64,000 bases of DNA from Chrysomallon squamiferum. Taxonomy: Eukaryota; Animalia; Mollusca. The stretch is from contig CM022670.1 of assembly GCA_012295275.1 (NCBI GenBank), positions 24,490,001 through 24,554,000 on the forward strand, in the 5' to 3' direction. The notes under the pieces were generated by a model. It saw nothing but the letters and a program-made list of their open reading frames with translations, was not told the origin of the DNA and did no database searches. The position numbers and the translations under genes were made by a program. Shown here one piece after another: positions 42,492 to 57,180 of this stretch. Every line of letters starts with the position of its first letter. Positions within the stretch are counted from its first letter, which is position 1.

Positions 42492-43674
42492 GTGTCTGTG
42501 TGTGTATGTACATATGTATGTATGTTTGTTTTATGTATACATACATGCATGCACGTTTTTTTGTATGTATGTATGCATGTATGTTTGTTTGTTTCTTTGT
42601 TTGTTGATGCATGAATGTGTGTAACTGTTTTGTTTATTTAGATTCTGAATTAAACACTATGGTAATATATGTCAGTATAAAATAATGTTGTAATCGTCCA
42701 GCGAAACAGGCAGCGTTTTAACATTTAAAAAAATGCAGTAATTATTGGTATAAGCGGAATATTAGACGAACAGATCAACAAATGATGATAATAATAATAA
42801 TAATAAACAACCAGTAATAATCTGATGTTCATTAGACATTACTGGGATTTAAACCCTGACATTTCTTGTTTATTTCACCCGCAAACTTTGTCGTTTTTAT
42901 TCTCTGTCAAACAATCCTCTTTCCATAAATATAATTTAAGATGTCTGTACAAGCAGCGTGCTTTGATATTCTCTCTGCGAATGACGTGATCCAGTCGTAT
43001 AGGAGGACAACAAAAGATGCAACTTGAGTAGTTTCAAAAATAACCAAATAACAAACTTCACTACAGTGAATTGAAACAATTTGTACAAACTCTTGTCTAA
43101 TGTTTCAGCCTAGACTTGAATAGAGCTCAGTCCTCTGAGATCAGCTCAAGCCACGTTCAGTAAGTTTTTTTTTATTATTATTTTTTTATATATACGTCAT
43201 CAACTGCGCCATCATTTCAAAAGACTAAGATCGTTTCAGATATGGAATCGATATCATGGAACGACGCGACTGACGTTCGACTTCCTCTGAACAAGAAATT
43301 TTCTTTAAGCTGTTACTATTTTAAAATGTAAGAACACAAAGAACACGAGAAAGAGAAAAGAAGCAAACGGAAAGAATTTAAAAAAAGAAAAAATTGAAAA
43401 AAAGAAAGAAAAGAAAGAAAAACAACAACGATAAACACACACACACACACAAAAAAAAAAAAAAAATATCATTGAAGTAAATAAATAAAAGTAGATGTAG
43501 ATTTTATGCCTTCTTTATGTAACTGTATATTGATTATGTCATTGTTGATGTGTTTATTTAAAAATTAATAATAATAAATAATTTTATTTTTTTTATTATT
43601 GCAATTCAGTGCATGGCCCAAACCTCACCCAATTCACCACCCATCTGCAGCTCTTCCTTACCCGTCAACTGTCG

Positions 43675-43699
43675 CCCCCCCCCCGCCCCGCGCCCGCCC
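43675..43699 (-). other. G-quadruplex-capable GC-box cluster
   Basis: Minus strand GGGCGGGCGCGGGGCGGGGGGGGGG: four G runs with 1-3 nt loops, overlapping GGGCGG boxes. Confidence 0.5.
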
Positions 43700-45323
43700 G
43701 GGGTTGCTGAACTTTAATTTTACAGAATACAGTTTCATGGAAAACAGAATATAAATTATAAAATATAAATTTCACTGGGGTGAACATCTTTTTTTCTTTT
43801 TATCCATTACGTCTGAAGAAATCGAAGAATTTATTTTATGTGACCTTAATGTTTCTTTCAACAGCACATTTACCAAATGTGATATTTATTGTCAAATCAT
43901 AATTTCGAGATTTATTGATGCGTCCGACCTAATAAAACTGGTTACGTAACGCAGTGAGATATGCACTTAATTATTAAATGATTTAACAGTGTCGTTCTCT
44001 CGTGAATTTTTTTCCAGCAAACATTAAAACAAGCAGTAATAAAAACTGTTACAAATGTCTGCGTTAAAATAAGTGTGGCGTGTAGAATAAGCTTCTTATA
44101 TTTTTTTTTTTTCAAGAACTGTATGAGACTGTGTAGTATTTTAATATTCTGCTTCAATGGATTTCGTAAACTTTAAAACGCCGAGAGCGTAGAATAAATC
44201 TCCTGGATTAGCGTTAATAACATACAGATCAGTAATATTGTTATAAATGCAGACAAATTCGATTTAAAATACGTCCCAAGGGTAACAATGCATATATATT
44301 ATATATATGCAAAAAAAAAAAAAAAAAAAAAATTACATAATATTTATGGATAATAACGAAAGTGCTATAATATTTTGCGTCACTGAATTTAATGAAATTG
44401 TTTAATAAAAAGAGCGTAAAATACGATTGTCAAATTGGATTTTTTTGACGAAAACCCGTTCATTTGCATTAGTATTAAATTTGTTTTCGTTTGATCCGCT
44501 GCTTGATTTAAGTAGGCAGCACAAATGTCATCTCCAGACTAGGTTTAGCGTGAAATATTGGTACGTATTTGTTAAAAGGCTCGTTTTGCTAACCAGAACT
44601 AATGAATATTTAATTACGTTCTCAAGAGAATATACAGAGACAATTCGTTTCTTAGAGATTAGTTTTAAAATTTTCATCTGAGTTTTACCAAATGAGTAAA
44701 ACCACAAAGCAATGTACATTTGACACTTTCTGCTGAAATATTAATTACAGAATTTAAATGATACTTTTATTATTATTCTTAAACATCTATTTTGCATTAC
44801 ACAAGGCTGCTTAGAATCTATCCTTCTTAATTTATAACGGTTTTATAGATTGATGTCTTACATATAATTAAACATTCAAACATAAGTAGAAGTAAGAAAG
44901 TAATAACCGAAGTATTAAAATATAATAAAATAAAATGGGGGAAAAAAATAAATAAAATACAAACCAAGGGACATAACTGTGTAAAACTGAGAAAGAACAA
45001 ACGACATGTAATTACAGTTCATTGATAGCGTTTTTGTAGCAACAGAACCCATAATTCTTATATACAGTAACTGAATGACAGCGAGATATGGAGCTGGATT
45101 TATATATATATAGACACACATAGAGTATACAAATATGTAGTTTTCACATATTCAGCAAATAAAAGAGAGAAGGAGCAGCAAAATCACTGGTTATAATGAT
45201 GACAATAAAAGTGCGCAGAAAATGGACTTTTATTTAATTTTAGTTTAGAAAGAACTGTTCGTATTAAGATAAAACGACAGTAACTGTAACGGTTTATTCG
45301 TAAAGTCATTATTCTGGTAAAGG

Positions 45324-45401
<78 letters not shown>

Positions 45402-46475
45402 TAATAATAATAATAAAAATAATAAAAAAAATGATAATAATAATTGTATATTTTCAAACCTTCGGACATTTAATTATTAAATATCTAACAGAAATAAGGA
45501 TTATGATATATAGAGAAATGTAATGAATTTTCCAGAAATAAAAAGACATCTAAGGAAAATATTTCATGAGAATAAAACATCTCGGTAATTCACAGAAGTT
45601 CTAACACATTACTGACTGACAGCTTCAATTTATTGCTTTTTCACTTTTTTGTATTTGGACGAATCACGAACACACACACACACACACATACATACATTAC
45701 ATACGTTCGTATCAACGTACGTACGCTAGTATAAAGAAAGGAAACCTCTTCATTATTTATTAATATTTATATAAAACAACATTTTCGAATCTCATAAGTG
45801 CGACATTCATATGATTACATAATCTGCTCTTCACTTGGCTTATCAATATTCGTATTTTTTTTGTTCTTGTGGGTTTTTTTTCTCTCGTCGTCATACACCA
45901 ATAACTTAGACACTTATTATTATAAAAGCTGGTCTGGACAACATTCGAAGCCGTGAAAACGTCGCATCTTGACAGGATTATCAATTTGTGTCCAACTTAT
46001 GTAGTTCTGACGTGTTAACACTTTATCAGACATCCAGTGACATACAAACCTGTCGACGGACCATTAAACTAGACAGAACCTGCCTTAATTGTTAATTGTA
46101 TCTTTTCAGTACAGGCGAAGATTGACCTTTTGTGACGTTGCTTGTTCGTAATCCAGCATCACGGGGGAAGTTTATTAAATTGTCCACCTCCCTCGTATTA
46201 AAGTAGTTGGAGTAATTGGTCCATTATCGTGTTTGCACGTGTGTTAAGGACAGCTTGTTAACACACGTCATCGCCTGGCGCAGTTCATTAATGGCGCATC
46301 AAACATCTCTTAAGCAAAGGCTTTAGCTATTTTATAAAATTATCAACAGATTTTCCCCATTATCACCCATTTCACCTTGCCCAAGATTATCCTTCGTTTA
46401 ATGTCGTGAAAGTCATCTTCAAAAAGGCAAGTATAAGCTTAGGTTGTTAAAAGCTTTTATAAATGTGAAATAGGT

Positions 46476-46562
<87 letters not shown>

Positions 46563-47183
46563 AGTAGCATAATGAAAATAAATAACACTTTGACTTCTAT
46601 TATTGATGTTCTTGATCATCAGCTATTACAACTCGTACTACTGCTGTTGCCGCTGTTGTTGCTACTATTACTACTACTACTGGTACTATTGTAACAATAA
46701 CACCAAAACAAAAACAACAGCAAAAATGACAAAGATGTAGTGATGATTATAACGAGAGTCACTGCCATAAATACAAATGAAGTGACAAATAAAACGGCGT
46801 AAATAAATAATAATAATAAAAACATTTTCACATACGTATCTATTAATACGGACAACGCTTCGCAATGTCCCCGAAAAACAAAAGACCACAAATTAGTTTT
46901 CGTTTTTTTTTTTTTTTTAAACAATCTTCAGTAACCCAGCAAGAGTTGTTCCTCTTTAATAGGTTTTTGAACGCATACGTTTCGTATTTGCTACGTTAAA
47001 CACTGAACTTACGAAAGTCAAGAGGGGATATATTAAGAACAGTCACCTTATCCTAGAAGTTCATTATTCTGTTATTCTTGAAAAATAATTATAATTTTTT
47101 CGACCTTGGTACGGACTCAAATCTAGGTGACTGCGTTTTAGATAACATATAAGATATACAAAAAAGAGAGAGATTTGACTCAC

Positions 47184-47226
47184 TTATGAACGTCGAGTAT
47201 ACTTGAACCACGATCCGCTGCCGGCG
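47184..47226 (-). other. Candidate 43-nt internal exon (coding or UTR)
   Basis: Long polypyrimidine acceptor CTCTTTCTATCTGTTTCTCTCCTATTAATTTAG| before 47226, GC-rich body, donor TAA|GTGAGT at 47184/47183. Confidence 0.35.
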
Positions 47227-50029
47227 CTAAATTAATAGGAGAGAAACAGATAGAAAGAGATTTTATAATTACAGAACTGTGGCACGGTGTTAGCGTGAAC
47301 CCCTCAGGCGTGACGGGTCACAGAGCTCGTAGAACTAAGACACTTTAATAATTTCACAGTCCACACGATGTAATAAGATAACAGTTTGTACAGCTGAGAT
47401 GTATCAGTTATTCTGTTTTGCGATTGATTTATAATTAAAAGGAAATCGCCATTTGCTGTTCTTTTAATCTATAATGTTTTGAATTTTTAATTATCATTTA
47501 TCGCTTAAAGATTTAAATATTTTCTCTTCTGTCAATTATGTTCTGACTGCCTGAATTTGTTAATGCATACGCCGATGTATATACTAAAGGGACATTTATG
47601 CTGAGAAATAAAAAGTTACACACACATACACACCCACACACACATACAGAGAGACACACAGACACATACTCACAACACACAGAGACACACACACACACAA
47701 CACAACACACAAATTATATTCAAGGCAATTCTGTGATCTCTAGATCTCAGCCCAAATTTTTATGGAGAAAGGTTATAAATAAAGTCTGTACTCGGATCTT
47801 TGTCAGCCAGCGCACTGCTCATAAATATATCTGTATGAAACATAAACATAATTCGTTTCTAAGTTAATTGATAATACACATTAACGAGCTTTCGAAAGAA
47901 TAAAAAAAATAAAATTATAATAACAAAAATAAATAAATAAATAAATAAATAAACTTAAAAGAAATAAAATTAAATTAAAAAAAAATAATAATACAAAAAT
48001 AAAAATATGCATACCTAGCGTGAAGTAAAACGTTAACATCCACTCCCTCTGACCCACCTTCGAGACGATTTCCCATTTATGCCCTAGCACACAAATGACA
48101 TTTTCTGTGTGTGTAAAAATAACAAATCGGAATTTGAATTCTGACAAATGTAAGTTTCATCTGTTGTTAATAAAAGAAAACCGTGCCCATTCGGTTTAAA
48201 TCGGATTTGCATCATCTAAGTACCATGTTGTTTACCGTCTGGTTTAGAAGGTTAATCCGAATTTATTTTCTGATAAAGATTGCTACTATTACTAGACCTT
48301 AATACCGCCTCCGTTATTAGTACTATATTACTACTACTACTACTACTACTACTACTACAGTCACCACCACCACTATTACTACTAGCGCTTCTGTTACTGT
48401 TACTTCTACTATTCAACACCATCACTCCTGCTACTGTTGTCACCATTTCTACTACTAACAGCATCACCACCATTAATCCAACTGCTATTTCCAGTTGCAG
48501 TAGGAAAAAAACTAAGTACCCCCCCCCAAAAAAAAAAAAAATAAAAAATAAAAAATATAATGAAAAATAAAATCCCGAATTTTTCCATTAATATTCTTTC
48601 TCCTCGCAACCTCCAGACTAATTATGGGAAATACGATTACTGACACGTCACAGTGACGTCAAAGGCGTCGTGAAGTTCAGTCTAAAACGTAACTATTGAA
48701 CATCTTAACATACGAAAAATTACACATTGATTCTCTAAATATATACTTAAAAAAAATAATAAAAAAAAAAAAAAAAATAAATAAATGAATAAATACTACT
48801 ACTACTACTACTACTACTAATAATAATAATAACGATGATGATGATGCAAATTTTGATCAGAACTTCATACATGTGTTCATACTGTATGCACAGATACCTA
48901 ATTAAAATAGTAAACTAACAAACTAATGATAAAGCGCCAACAAGAACTAGCAGAGGTAGCGTAAGAATTCTTTATACTGATAGTTAATGCTGAATCCACG
49001 TAACTTGTAGTTATTAATTCTTGAAGGAAACAAATGCAGTTACATATAGGTGTAGTTTTAATTGCACTGTGTCACATTTTCCTTATCGATTCTGAAGACA
49101 AAACCAAATTATTTAGCAACAAAGTGTCCTAATGAACTAGCACAATCAATTTTGCAATGTCTAATGAGCTCTTTCATATCGTAATTAACTGGAGAAAAAA
49201 AAAATATACGTAGGCAAAAGTATTCCTCCACGAAATCCTATATGCATGCATTTTCATTGAGGGGAATGAAGATAATAAAAAAAAAAAATAATAAAAAAAA
49301 ATAAAGATTTTATTAAATAATAATAAAACTACCGTAATTGTTTCGAATGGTTAAAAAGAATATGTGTATGTGTGTGTGTGTGTTTTGAGAGTGTGTGTGT
49401 ATATGTGAGTGTATATGTGTGTGTGTATATATATTACTTGTTATATATATATAAAACAACTTAACACAAACAGTCATGACCATGATCAATGCCTGTATCG
49501 AAATGCCAATCACCGGTACAAAATGAGAACTGTTGTTTCCAAAGTACGTGTGTGACGAGAAAACCTTCACTTGACTGGCTCTGTGTGGAAGACAGCGTCC
49601 TTGGACGGTACATCTTTTAATACAACCAATTGGATTCACCATCACGAAGACGCGTGAGGGTAACCAAGAAACACCCTTTGATCCAGTATCGATCACTTGT
49701 GGAGTAGCTGTCGCAGCCACACATTCAATTACGGGCCTACTGGAGCATCTGTGCTGGAATTACTTTCAGCTGAGTAAAAACTCACATGCAAAAACCTTAA
49801 AGGTAACGTGAGTCAGTAGTACGATACACACAGTGGTGCATGTCACTTGCGGCACTCGCAATCCTTTTTTTTTAATGGAAAGCAAATTTGTTCACTGTCA
49901 AGCTGTTAGAAGAATATTTTTTTTTTATCAAATAACGAGATCTTAAACATGTCTTACATTTAAAGTGTTTTATTTCGTTTATAAATAAACAACGTTAAAA
50001 CGTGAATAACCAGCATAAATAACTGATAT

Positions 50030-50345
50030 TGTATAAATGGAAATTTAACAGTTAATTGCTCGAAATAAATGGTACAAATGGGTGCAGTGCATGTGTTTAA
50101 GTCCGTTTTTCGTTCAGTCACGAGCTTCTCTCAGCTGTGTTGATCAGATGACATGAAGACGTCATACGTGCTTGTAGTGTTCAGATTCTCGTTTTTCTTC
50201 TGCTTCCATTTAGACTTAACACTTTTGTAATTTACCCTTCCGATATGTCAAGACGAATAACAGTTGAAAAAGAATAAAACCAATAATAAACAAAAAAGAA
50301 AGTTTGTGTAGTGAGTTTAAGAGTCTGAAAAGAAGAGGAGATATT
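50030..50345 (+). repeat. ~310-bp dispersed repeat, copy 1 (copy 2 at 56865-57180)
   Basis: AAATTTAACAGTTAATTGCTCGAAATAAATGG...AAAAGAAGAGGAGATA matches 56865-57180 with few substitutions. Confidence 0.9.
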
Positions 50346-51307
50346 TCATTTATAAATAAACAACTTTAAAACGTGAATAACCAGCATAAATAAGCGATAT
50401 TGTCAATGAAATTCGCAGCTTTTATCCGACTACATTTTATTTATTTATTTTGAAGAATAACAACAGCAGAACAACCAAGAAAAAACATCAATAAAACGGA
50501 TGAATCTCTTTATATATATATATATATATATATATCAATGGTTTCCTATTTGTCTATTGATTTTCAGTCCCTGCCTCAATTATTTAATAATTAGTCGTAC
50601 CTAATAATAATGACATCATTGACCACAATTTTTTTTATTTGTCGATTTTCTACACGTTTTCATAAGTCGATGAACCAGATGTGAAATTCCTTCTGACATA
50701 ATTATCTCAACACATTTATATTTTTACATCTAAGTAAGTATGTGCCTTTCTTTCCCCACGTGAAATCTGTTTGTATAACGTAAGACACAAACATGTAGGC
50801 GGTACATCTTATCAGTATGATAGATCGATATAATCGTTTGTCTGAGCTTCTTTACCAAACTCATAAGAAGCTTTAGGTAAAACGAAAAACCAATCAACCG
50901 AAAGTCTGACTAAATTGTAAACTGTTACGTTATGTTTGATAAACATATGAAATTGTATTTATTTATTTAATTTTTAAATAAATTTATGTTTTAATGATCG
51001 AAAGAATACACTGAACTGAAAATCAGAAGTTAGAGATTAAATCAAATGAAGATAACAACAACTAGAACAACAACAACAACGATGATAATGAACATAATAA
51101 TAATAATCAAGGTAATAAAAATAATATATACTACAACTAGTGGAAGTAGTAGTAGTAATAGTAGGAGTACTTGTTAGTAACAAAATTCCTAAATCACAAC
51201 ATGATTTATCAATAAAAGAAAAATTCAGTTTAAGAAAAAGTAAGAAAGAACACATATTATACAAACTGAATTGATAAAACATTTAACAGAATCATGTAAA
51301 AAGATAA

Positions 51308-51640
51308 CATTATTTTCTGTTTTTACATGAACAAAAGAACTTGATTCTAAGTAGTTCATTTGTTTTAGAATGTAAATTTGCATGGCATAGTTTTTGTTTG
51401 TTTGTGTAGGTGTATTTGTAGGCGTATGTTCTAGCACGTAAATGGAAAACAGGCCGACATTTTCTGTATGTAAAAATAACAAATAAACATTTAACTGAAT
51501 CTTGTTAAAAGAAAACAACACATTATTTTCTGTTTTTACATGAACAAAAGAATTTCATTCTAAGTAGTTTAAGTTGTTTTAGAATGTACGTTAGCATGGC
51601 ATAGTTTTTGTCTATTTGTGTATGTATATGTGTAGGCGTG
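51308..51640. repeat. Degenerate tandem duplication, 213-bp period
   Basis: CATTATTTTCTGTTTTTACATGAACAAAAGAA...GCATGGCATAGTTTTTG at 51308 and 51521. Confidence 0.8.
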
Positions 51641-51979
51641 TGTGCTTGTGTGTTAGTGTACGTTAATGCGTTTGCAGGTTTGCTGACATCTTCCTTCTTT
51701 TTTCTTGAACCAGATAATATATACAAACTTTTAATTTTTATTATTAATAACGTTGTGCTTTATATAAGATACACTCATGTTGTTAACGTATCAGTGGTAT
51801 GTATATCTTCCTTTCACAATAAATATGTATTTTTTCAATCCGTGCTTTCTTTATTATCAGTCTAATTTAAACGTATGGAATCAGTTACGTGGAACAGGAG
51901 CTTAATGCAATTCACTGTCGTTCGTGAACTTGGAAATAAAGAACCGCAAGCTATTCTGAGGACCATTCTACTGGATATA

Positions 51980-52762
51980 CAGTGGTACCACGATTTACGA
52001 GTGCCCCAACTTACGAGTTTTCCGAGTTACGAGCAGTCGCACGGTCGAGTTTTTGCTTTGAGTTGCGAGCCAAAATCGGACTTACGAGCGAGCTTTGGAT
52101 ACGCTGCCGCTAGTTGGCGCAACGAAGAACACAACATCCGCCCAGCATCCCGCAATTCACTCGTTTGCTTCAAATGGTTACCTCGCCGTGGAAGCATCTC
52201 TGTTATGTTGTGCTCGCGTTTTGTGCAGTATTTTTCCAAATTTCTATAGATCCTAAGAGACTGAGTGCAAAGAACAGTGCTGAGAAGAAGAAGCGGATGA
52301 TGTCTATTGAATTAAAGGATGAAATCATAGAAAAACATGAGCGAGGTGTGCGTCTAGTAAACATGGCTAGGCAGTACGAACGTAGTACATTACGATATGT
52401 ACTATACTGAAGCAGAAGGAGTCGATAAAGGCTGTAACTCCAGCCAAAGGCGTTAAACAATTTCTAAGCTGCGGACCTCTGTCCATGAAAAGATGGAGAA
52501 ACCCTAATCCTGTACACTTTACAAAACCAATTTATTTCCTTACGTTCTCTTTTATTTTGTTTTTATGCAATATTTGTCATCTATACATTCATTTTTCTTA
52601 TTTAAAAACACGTTACAAAACATTTGGGTGGTTTTGGGGATTGGAACGGATTAATGGTATTTCACTTAATTTCATTTTGAAAAATTGATTTGATATACGA
52701 GCAAATTTGAATTACGAGCTCGGTCACGGAAAGAATAAAACTCGTAAGTCAAGGTACCACTG
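51980..52762 (+). mobile_element. Internally deleted Tigger/pogo-family DNA transposon
   Basis: TIRs CAGTGGTACCACGATTTACGAG / CTCGTAAGTCAAGGTACCACTG, left TA flank; contains transposase N-terminal remnant. Confidence 0.88.
52246..52500 (+). pseudogene. Tigger transposase N-terminal (CENP-B/Psq-type HTH) remnant
   Basis: PKRLSAKNSAEKKKRMMSIELKDEIIEKHERGVRLVNMARQYERST then, across frameshifts, TICTILKQKESIKAVTPAKGVK and ISKLRTSVHEKME; no DDD catalytic domain. Confidence 0.8.
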
Positions 52763-52963
52763 TTTTCTGGATCCATCTCTAAGCAGAAGATTCGATACAA
52801 TCCCATGCTGTACCATCCATATTTGTTTTGCTAATACAGCTCTAATCCTTGCGAATTCAATGTGGATCCATCAGGATATAACCATTCAGATAAATGTATT
52901 GAAAATGAAGTAGAAACTATTTTTAATATTTCATTTGATATGTTTTAAAAATTAATAATAAAA

Positions 52964-53019
<56 letters not shown>

Positions 53020-53994
53020 AATAACAAAAAAATGTTCAGCTGTCATTCTTAGTTACAAGCGATGACATGTCATGGTATTTATTCGTACCACTCCAGATAC
53101 ACTTTAAAGTAAAAATACAGGACGCCTTATTTATTTTTATTTTATTTTTTCTTCTTTATAATAATTTAAGGAATTACACGGTAATATCCTTTCTTTTTAT
53201 GAGATTAATATAAGTTAGATAAGTAATATTATTACATTTGGAATGAAATAATAAGGAAACGTTCGGGCCGTAATTCAAGTAAAAAAAAAACCCAAAACCC
53301 AACAAAAACGAACAAAATTAAAACACGACATTTAGATACGTTTTTATTCTTTCGCTTAAGAACCTACAACCCAAAGGCTTCTCGAAATCTCTGTTTAAGA
53401 GCACAATATTTATTTTCAGCTCAACTCATCCTTGATTTTATTTAGATACGACCCAGATGAGAAGCATGCTCGCAGGTACTTTGAAATCCATATGCAAGTA
53501 ATTACACAGTCTTGGATAATGTCGCCTCTGTCGTTTGCCTTGAGCAACAGCAGGCAGTTTATAAGGAAAAGCCATGCATTAACGTTCTCCACAGTTCGGA
53601 TTCTCGTTCTATTTTGAGAAAATCTTAGCAGTTCATTTATTTTATAAAAAGAATCATTATATTGCATTTTTACGCTTTCGGTTTGTGGTAATATTATAAA
53701 AGGAGTTTTTCTGGGTTTTCAAAAAATAAAAAAAATAATAAAAAAATTCCGCCTTAAACCACGATTCTTGTTCTATTTTATAGAAAATTAAAAAGAAATT
53801 GCATTAATTTAATTGAAAGAAAAGAAGAAAAGAGGGGAAATAGAAAAGAATTCGACTAGATGTAACAGAATAATCCATTTCTATCCGTAAATTAGCAAAG
53901 AAAAAGAAAATGTCAGTGTAAGAAAGAATAAATAATAAACAAGACTAAACTGAAAGAAACTAATCTAATCTAATCTAAGTAAACTGAACATAAT

Positions 53995-54213
53995 TTAAAA
54001 CTAAACTAAAACTAAAACTGAAACTAAAACTTGAACTGAAACTGAAACTGAAACTAAAACTAAAACTAAAACTAAAACTAAAACTGAAACTGAAACTAAA
54101 ACTTGAACTGAAACTGAAACTAAAACTAAAACTAAAACTAAAACTAAAACTAAAACTAAAACTAAAACTAAAACTAAAACTTAAACTTAAACTTAAACTA
54201 AAACTAAAACTAA
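53995..54213. repeat. (AAACTA/AAACTG)n hexanucleotide repeat
   Basis: Direct reading. Confidence 0.95.
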
Positions 54214-55581
54214 ATTAATCGTTGGAAACAAGAAAATACGACAGATAAACAAAGAAATAAATATTAATCACGAAATCAAGAAGAAAACTAAATGAAAATA
54301 ACATCACTGCATTTCTGATACAATTTCTCTTGACCGAAATATTTCATTTGTTGTTAAAATAATACTCTAGGGAATTTTGCAGTCCAGTAATAGTGTAATA
54401 TTATTGTGTAACTGGCCGAAATGAATTGAAATTTTACGCCAACAGCAGCTGGACACGCATTTTGTTGCTTCTATAAATACACTGAAAGAACGAATGAGTC
54501 ATCTGGAGTGCAGCAAATCCTGTCTTGACTTTCTTGAATGGTTTGTTTATAAGGTCCTTGATGGAGAGAACTAAACAAACAGAGAAACTAAATGATATAT
54601 AGATGACAGAATGAAAGTGAAAATTTGTATGTAAGTTAATGGATAAATAGGTAGTAAATTGAGACATTAAATATAGAATGAGAGTAATGGCAATAGTAGT
54701 AGTAGTAGTAGTAGAGTAGTAGTAGTAGTAATAGTAGTAGTAGTAGCAACAACAGCAGTAGTAGGAGTGATGGTGATAGTAGTAGTAGTAGTAAGTAGTA
54801 GTAACAACAATAATAATGATGATTATGAAAATGACGATGGTGAAGATGCAGATGCTGATGACGACGTTTAGTAGATCACACCATGCAAACTCTTGTCTAT
54901 TCGATTGCAGTTCACAGTAAATAGGATTCAAAGTACCACTCTGTTATAAGAAATATAGCCCATACTCACTTTTTAGTAAAGTATTGTTTTAGCAAAGCCT
55001 ATCAAATCCAAAGTCAGTAGATTTAATGAGAGTTCACTGTGAAAAAGGAGAACAAATTAGAGATCATGGTAATAAAATTATAAAACAAAATACTAAACAT
55101 TTTACAACGAAAGGAAAGAAATATTTTGTTCTTTAACAATGTTAAATACAAAGCAGGCAAGGGTGTAAATGTACAGATATATGAATACTGTCACTTTTAT
55201 TTATGCAGCTTCCAATTTACTAAACATTTGTTTAGATGATTCGAGATGCTGAAGGCTTAAAACCAGTGCATTTTAGTATACAGTAATTAGCGATCCTAGG
55301 GAATGATAAACTAAGCTATACTACCCTATACATCACTACAGTATGCCACACCAAACCCTAACATGTAACAGCATTTCACACAACAGCAGAGTAAGCTACG
55401 TTTGCACTATACTTTATCAGATTAAAGGATTCAGTGTAATTAAATAACTGTTCTGTCTTGTCTAGCGACAATTTGTGACTTTTAAGAGCTGTGTCAAGCA
55501 GAGGTAAAAGATACGAAGAAGGGAAATAGCCTGAGTTATATAGCTTTACGTTGCAATTTCGCTTTAGTTAACAGAAAAGCA

Positions 55582-55651
<70 letters not shown>

Positions 55652-56036
55652 TTAGCAATATATATCGGCTAATGTCTGATTAACATCTGACCTGAATTAC
55701 TTTTGCAGTATACAAATTATACTGATACGCGGAAGATGGTCAGGCGTTTATATCTTCCTTCTTCTTTGTAAAATACGTCTCCTTCATTAAAGAGTGAAGT
55801 AAAACCCCAATAAGAGAAAATTGCTTCTGGCTGAACAATATATTCACCATAAATGTTTTTGATTAACGAATCAGAGGGATTTTCTTTGAAGTCGTCGATT
55901 CTGGTAGAAGTTCCTGCAGGGAGTGTTTCATTTAACGCGATTCAGGCCGTGACATTTAAAAATTCATTTTGTATACTAATTGTTAGATTATAATTTATAA
56001 TAGGCAGTGTTGTTATACTGATGTTTGTTTGATGAT

Positions 56037-56079
<43 letters not shown>

Positions 56080-56788
56080 CATATATTTATCTGGTATAGA
56101 AAAATGTTTGACAGTGAAACCATATTTTCAGTTATTAATTCTTGAATACTGATAAGGGCTGGTTTCATTTCGGTTCCTGGACACCAAAAAGAACCCACTG
56201 TCGATTATCAATAAACAGAGGTGCACATCCCATGAAAACTTAATTATTTATGTATATATGAACACAGATGCTTACACATAACATATATATATATACACAT
56301 ATATATATATACACATACCCACATACACACATACAAACATACATACACACATTTATCTTTGTATGACACATATATACATTTCCACAAACTCACACATTGC
56401 AAATAAGTCATTAATGCTTAGAGAAGCAAATTTACCACAATGCTAGAGGTGTTTTTCATGTACCACGTTACCTTAACTTTTAATAATTTTTATTTCTCTA
56501 ATTCTGAATAAAATTGATATTTTTTTTTCCTTTTACTTGTCAAGTTTTTCTTTTCTTGTTTACTTTTGAATATAGTTTATACATTATTTCATTCAATATT
56601 AATTGATGCAGTTATTAATATTCCTTAAGGTCAAATAGGCGTCAGGGTTTACTCCCAAATTGTAGAATTCCCATTTTGTCGAACTGCTAAATAAGGTTCA
56701 GTGGTCTTATTGACATGCATGTTTTTACCTCAGTCATTATAATGAACTGTTCCAGATTATTTGGAAACCAATTATTATAGTATAGATA

Positions 56789-56832
56789 CAGTAATACCTC
56801 GCTTAACGATATCCCACTTTGACGATTTTGTT
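56789..56832 (+). mobile_element. Isolated Tigger-like terminal fragment
   Basis: TA|CAGTAATACCTCGCTTAACGAT resembles pogo/Tigger TIR starts; no partner end found. Confidence 0.4.
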
Positions 56833-56864
56833 TTGATTTTTAAAAATTTTTTTTTTTACAGATT

Positions 56865-57180
56865 ATATAAATAGAAATTTAATAGTTAATTGCTCGAAAT
56901 AAATGGTACAAATGGGTGCAATGCATATGTTTAAGTCCGTTTTTCGTTCAGTCACGAGCTTCCCTCAGATGTGTTGATCAGATGACATGAAGATGTCATA
57001 CGTGCTTGTAGTGTTCAGATTCTCTCTTCTCTTCTGCTTCCATTTACACTTAACACTTTTGTAATTTACCCTTCCGATATGTCAAGACGAATAACAGTTG
57101 AAAAAGAATAAAACTAATAATAAACAAAAAAAAAAAAAGTTTGTGTAGAGAGTTTAAGAGTTTTAAAAGAAGAGGAGATA
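56865..57180 (+). repeat. ~310-bp dispersed repeat, copy 2
   Basis: Direct-orientation near-identical match to 50030-50345. Confidence 0.9.

Noticed and set aside
49313-49800. 135-aa minus ORF in a moderately GC-rich patch
   Set aside because: Non-ATG start, no recognisable homology, no coherent splice sites, tail is CA repeat.
53416-53667. Overlapping ORFs on both strands
   Set aside because: No recognisable domain and no consistent exon boundaries.
53995-54213. Interstitial telomere repeat
   Set aside because: Unit AAACTA/AAACTG does not match TTAGGG, TTAGG or TTAGGC types.
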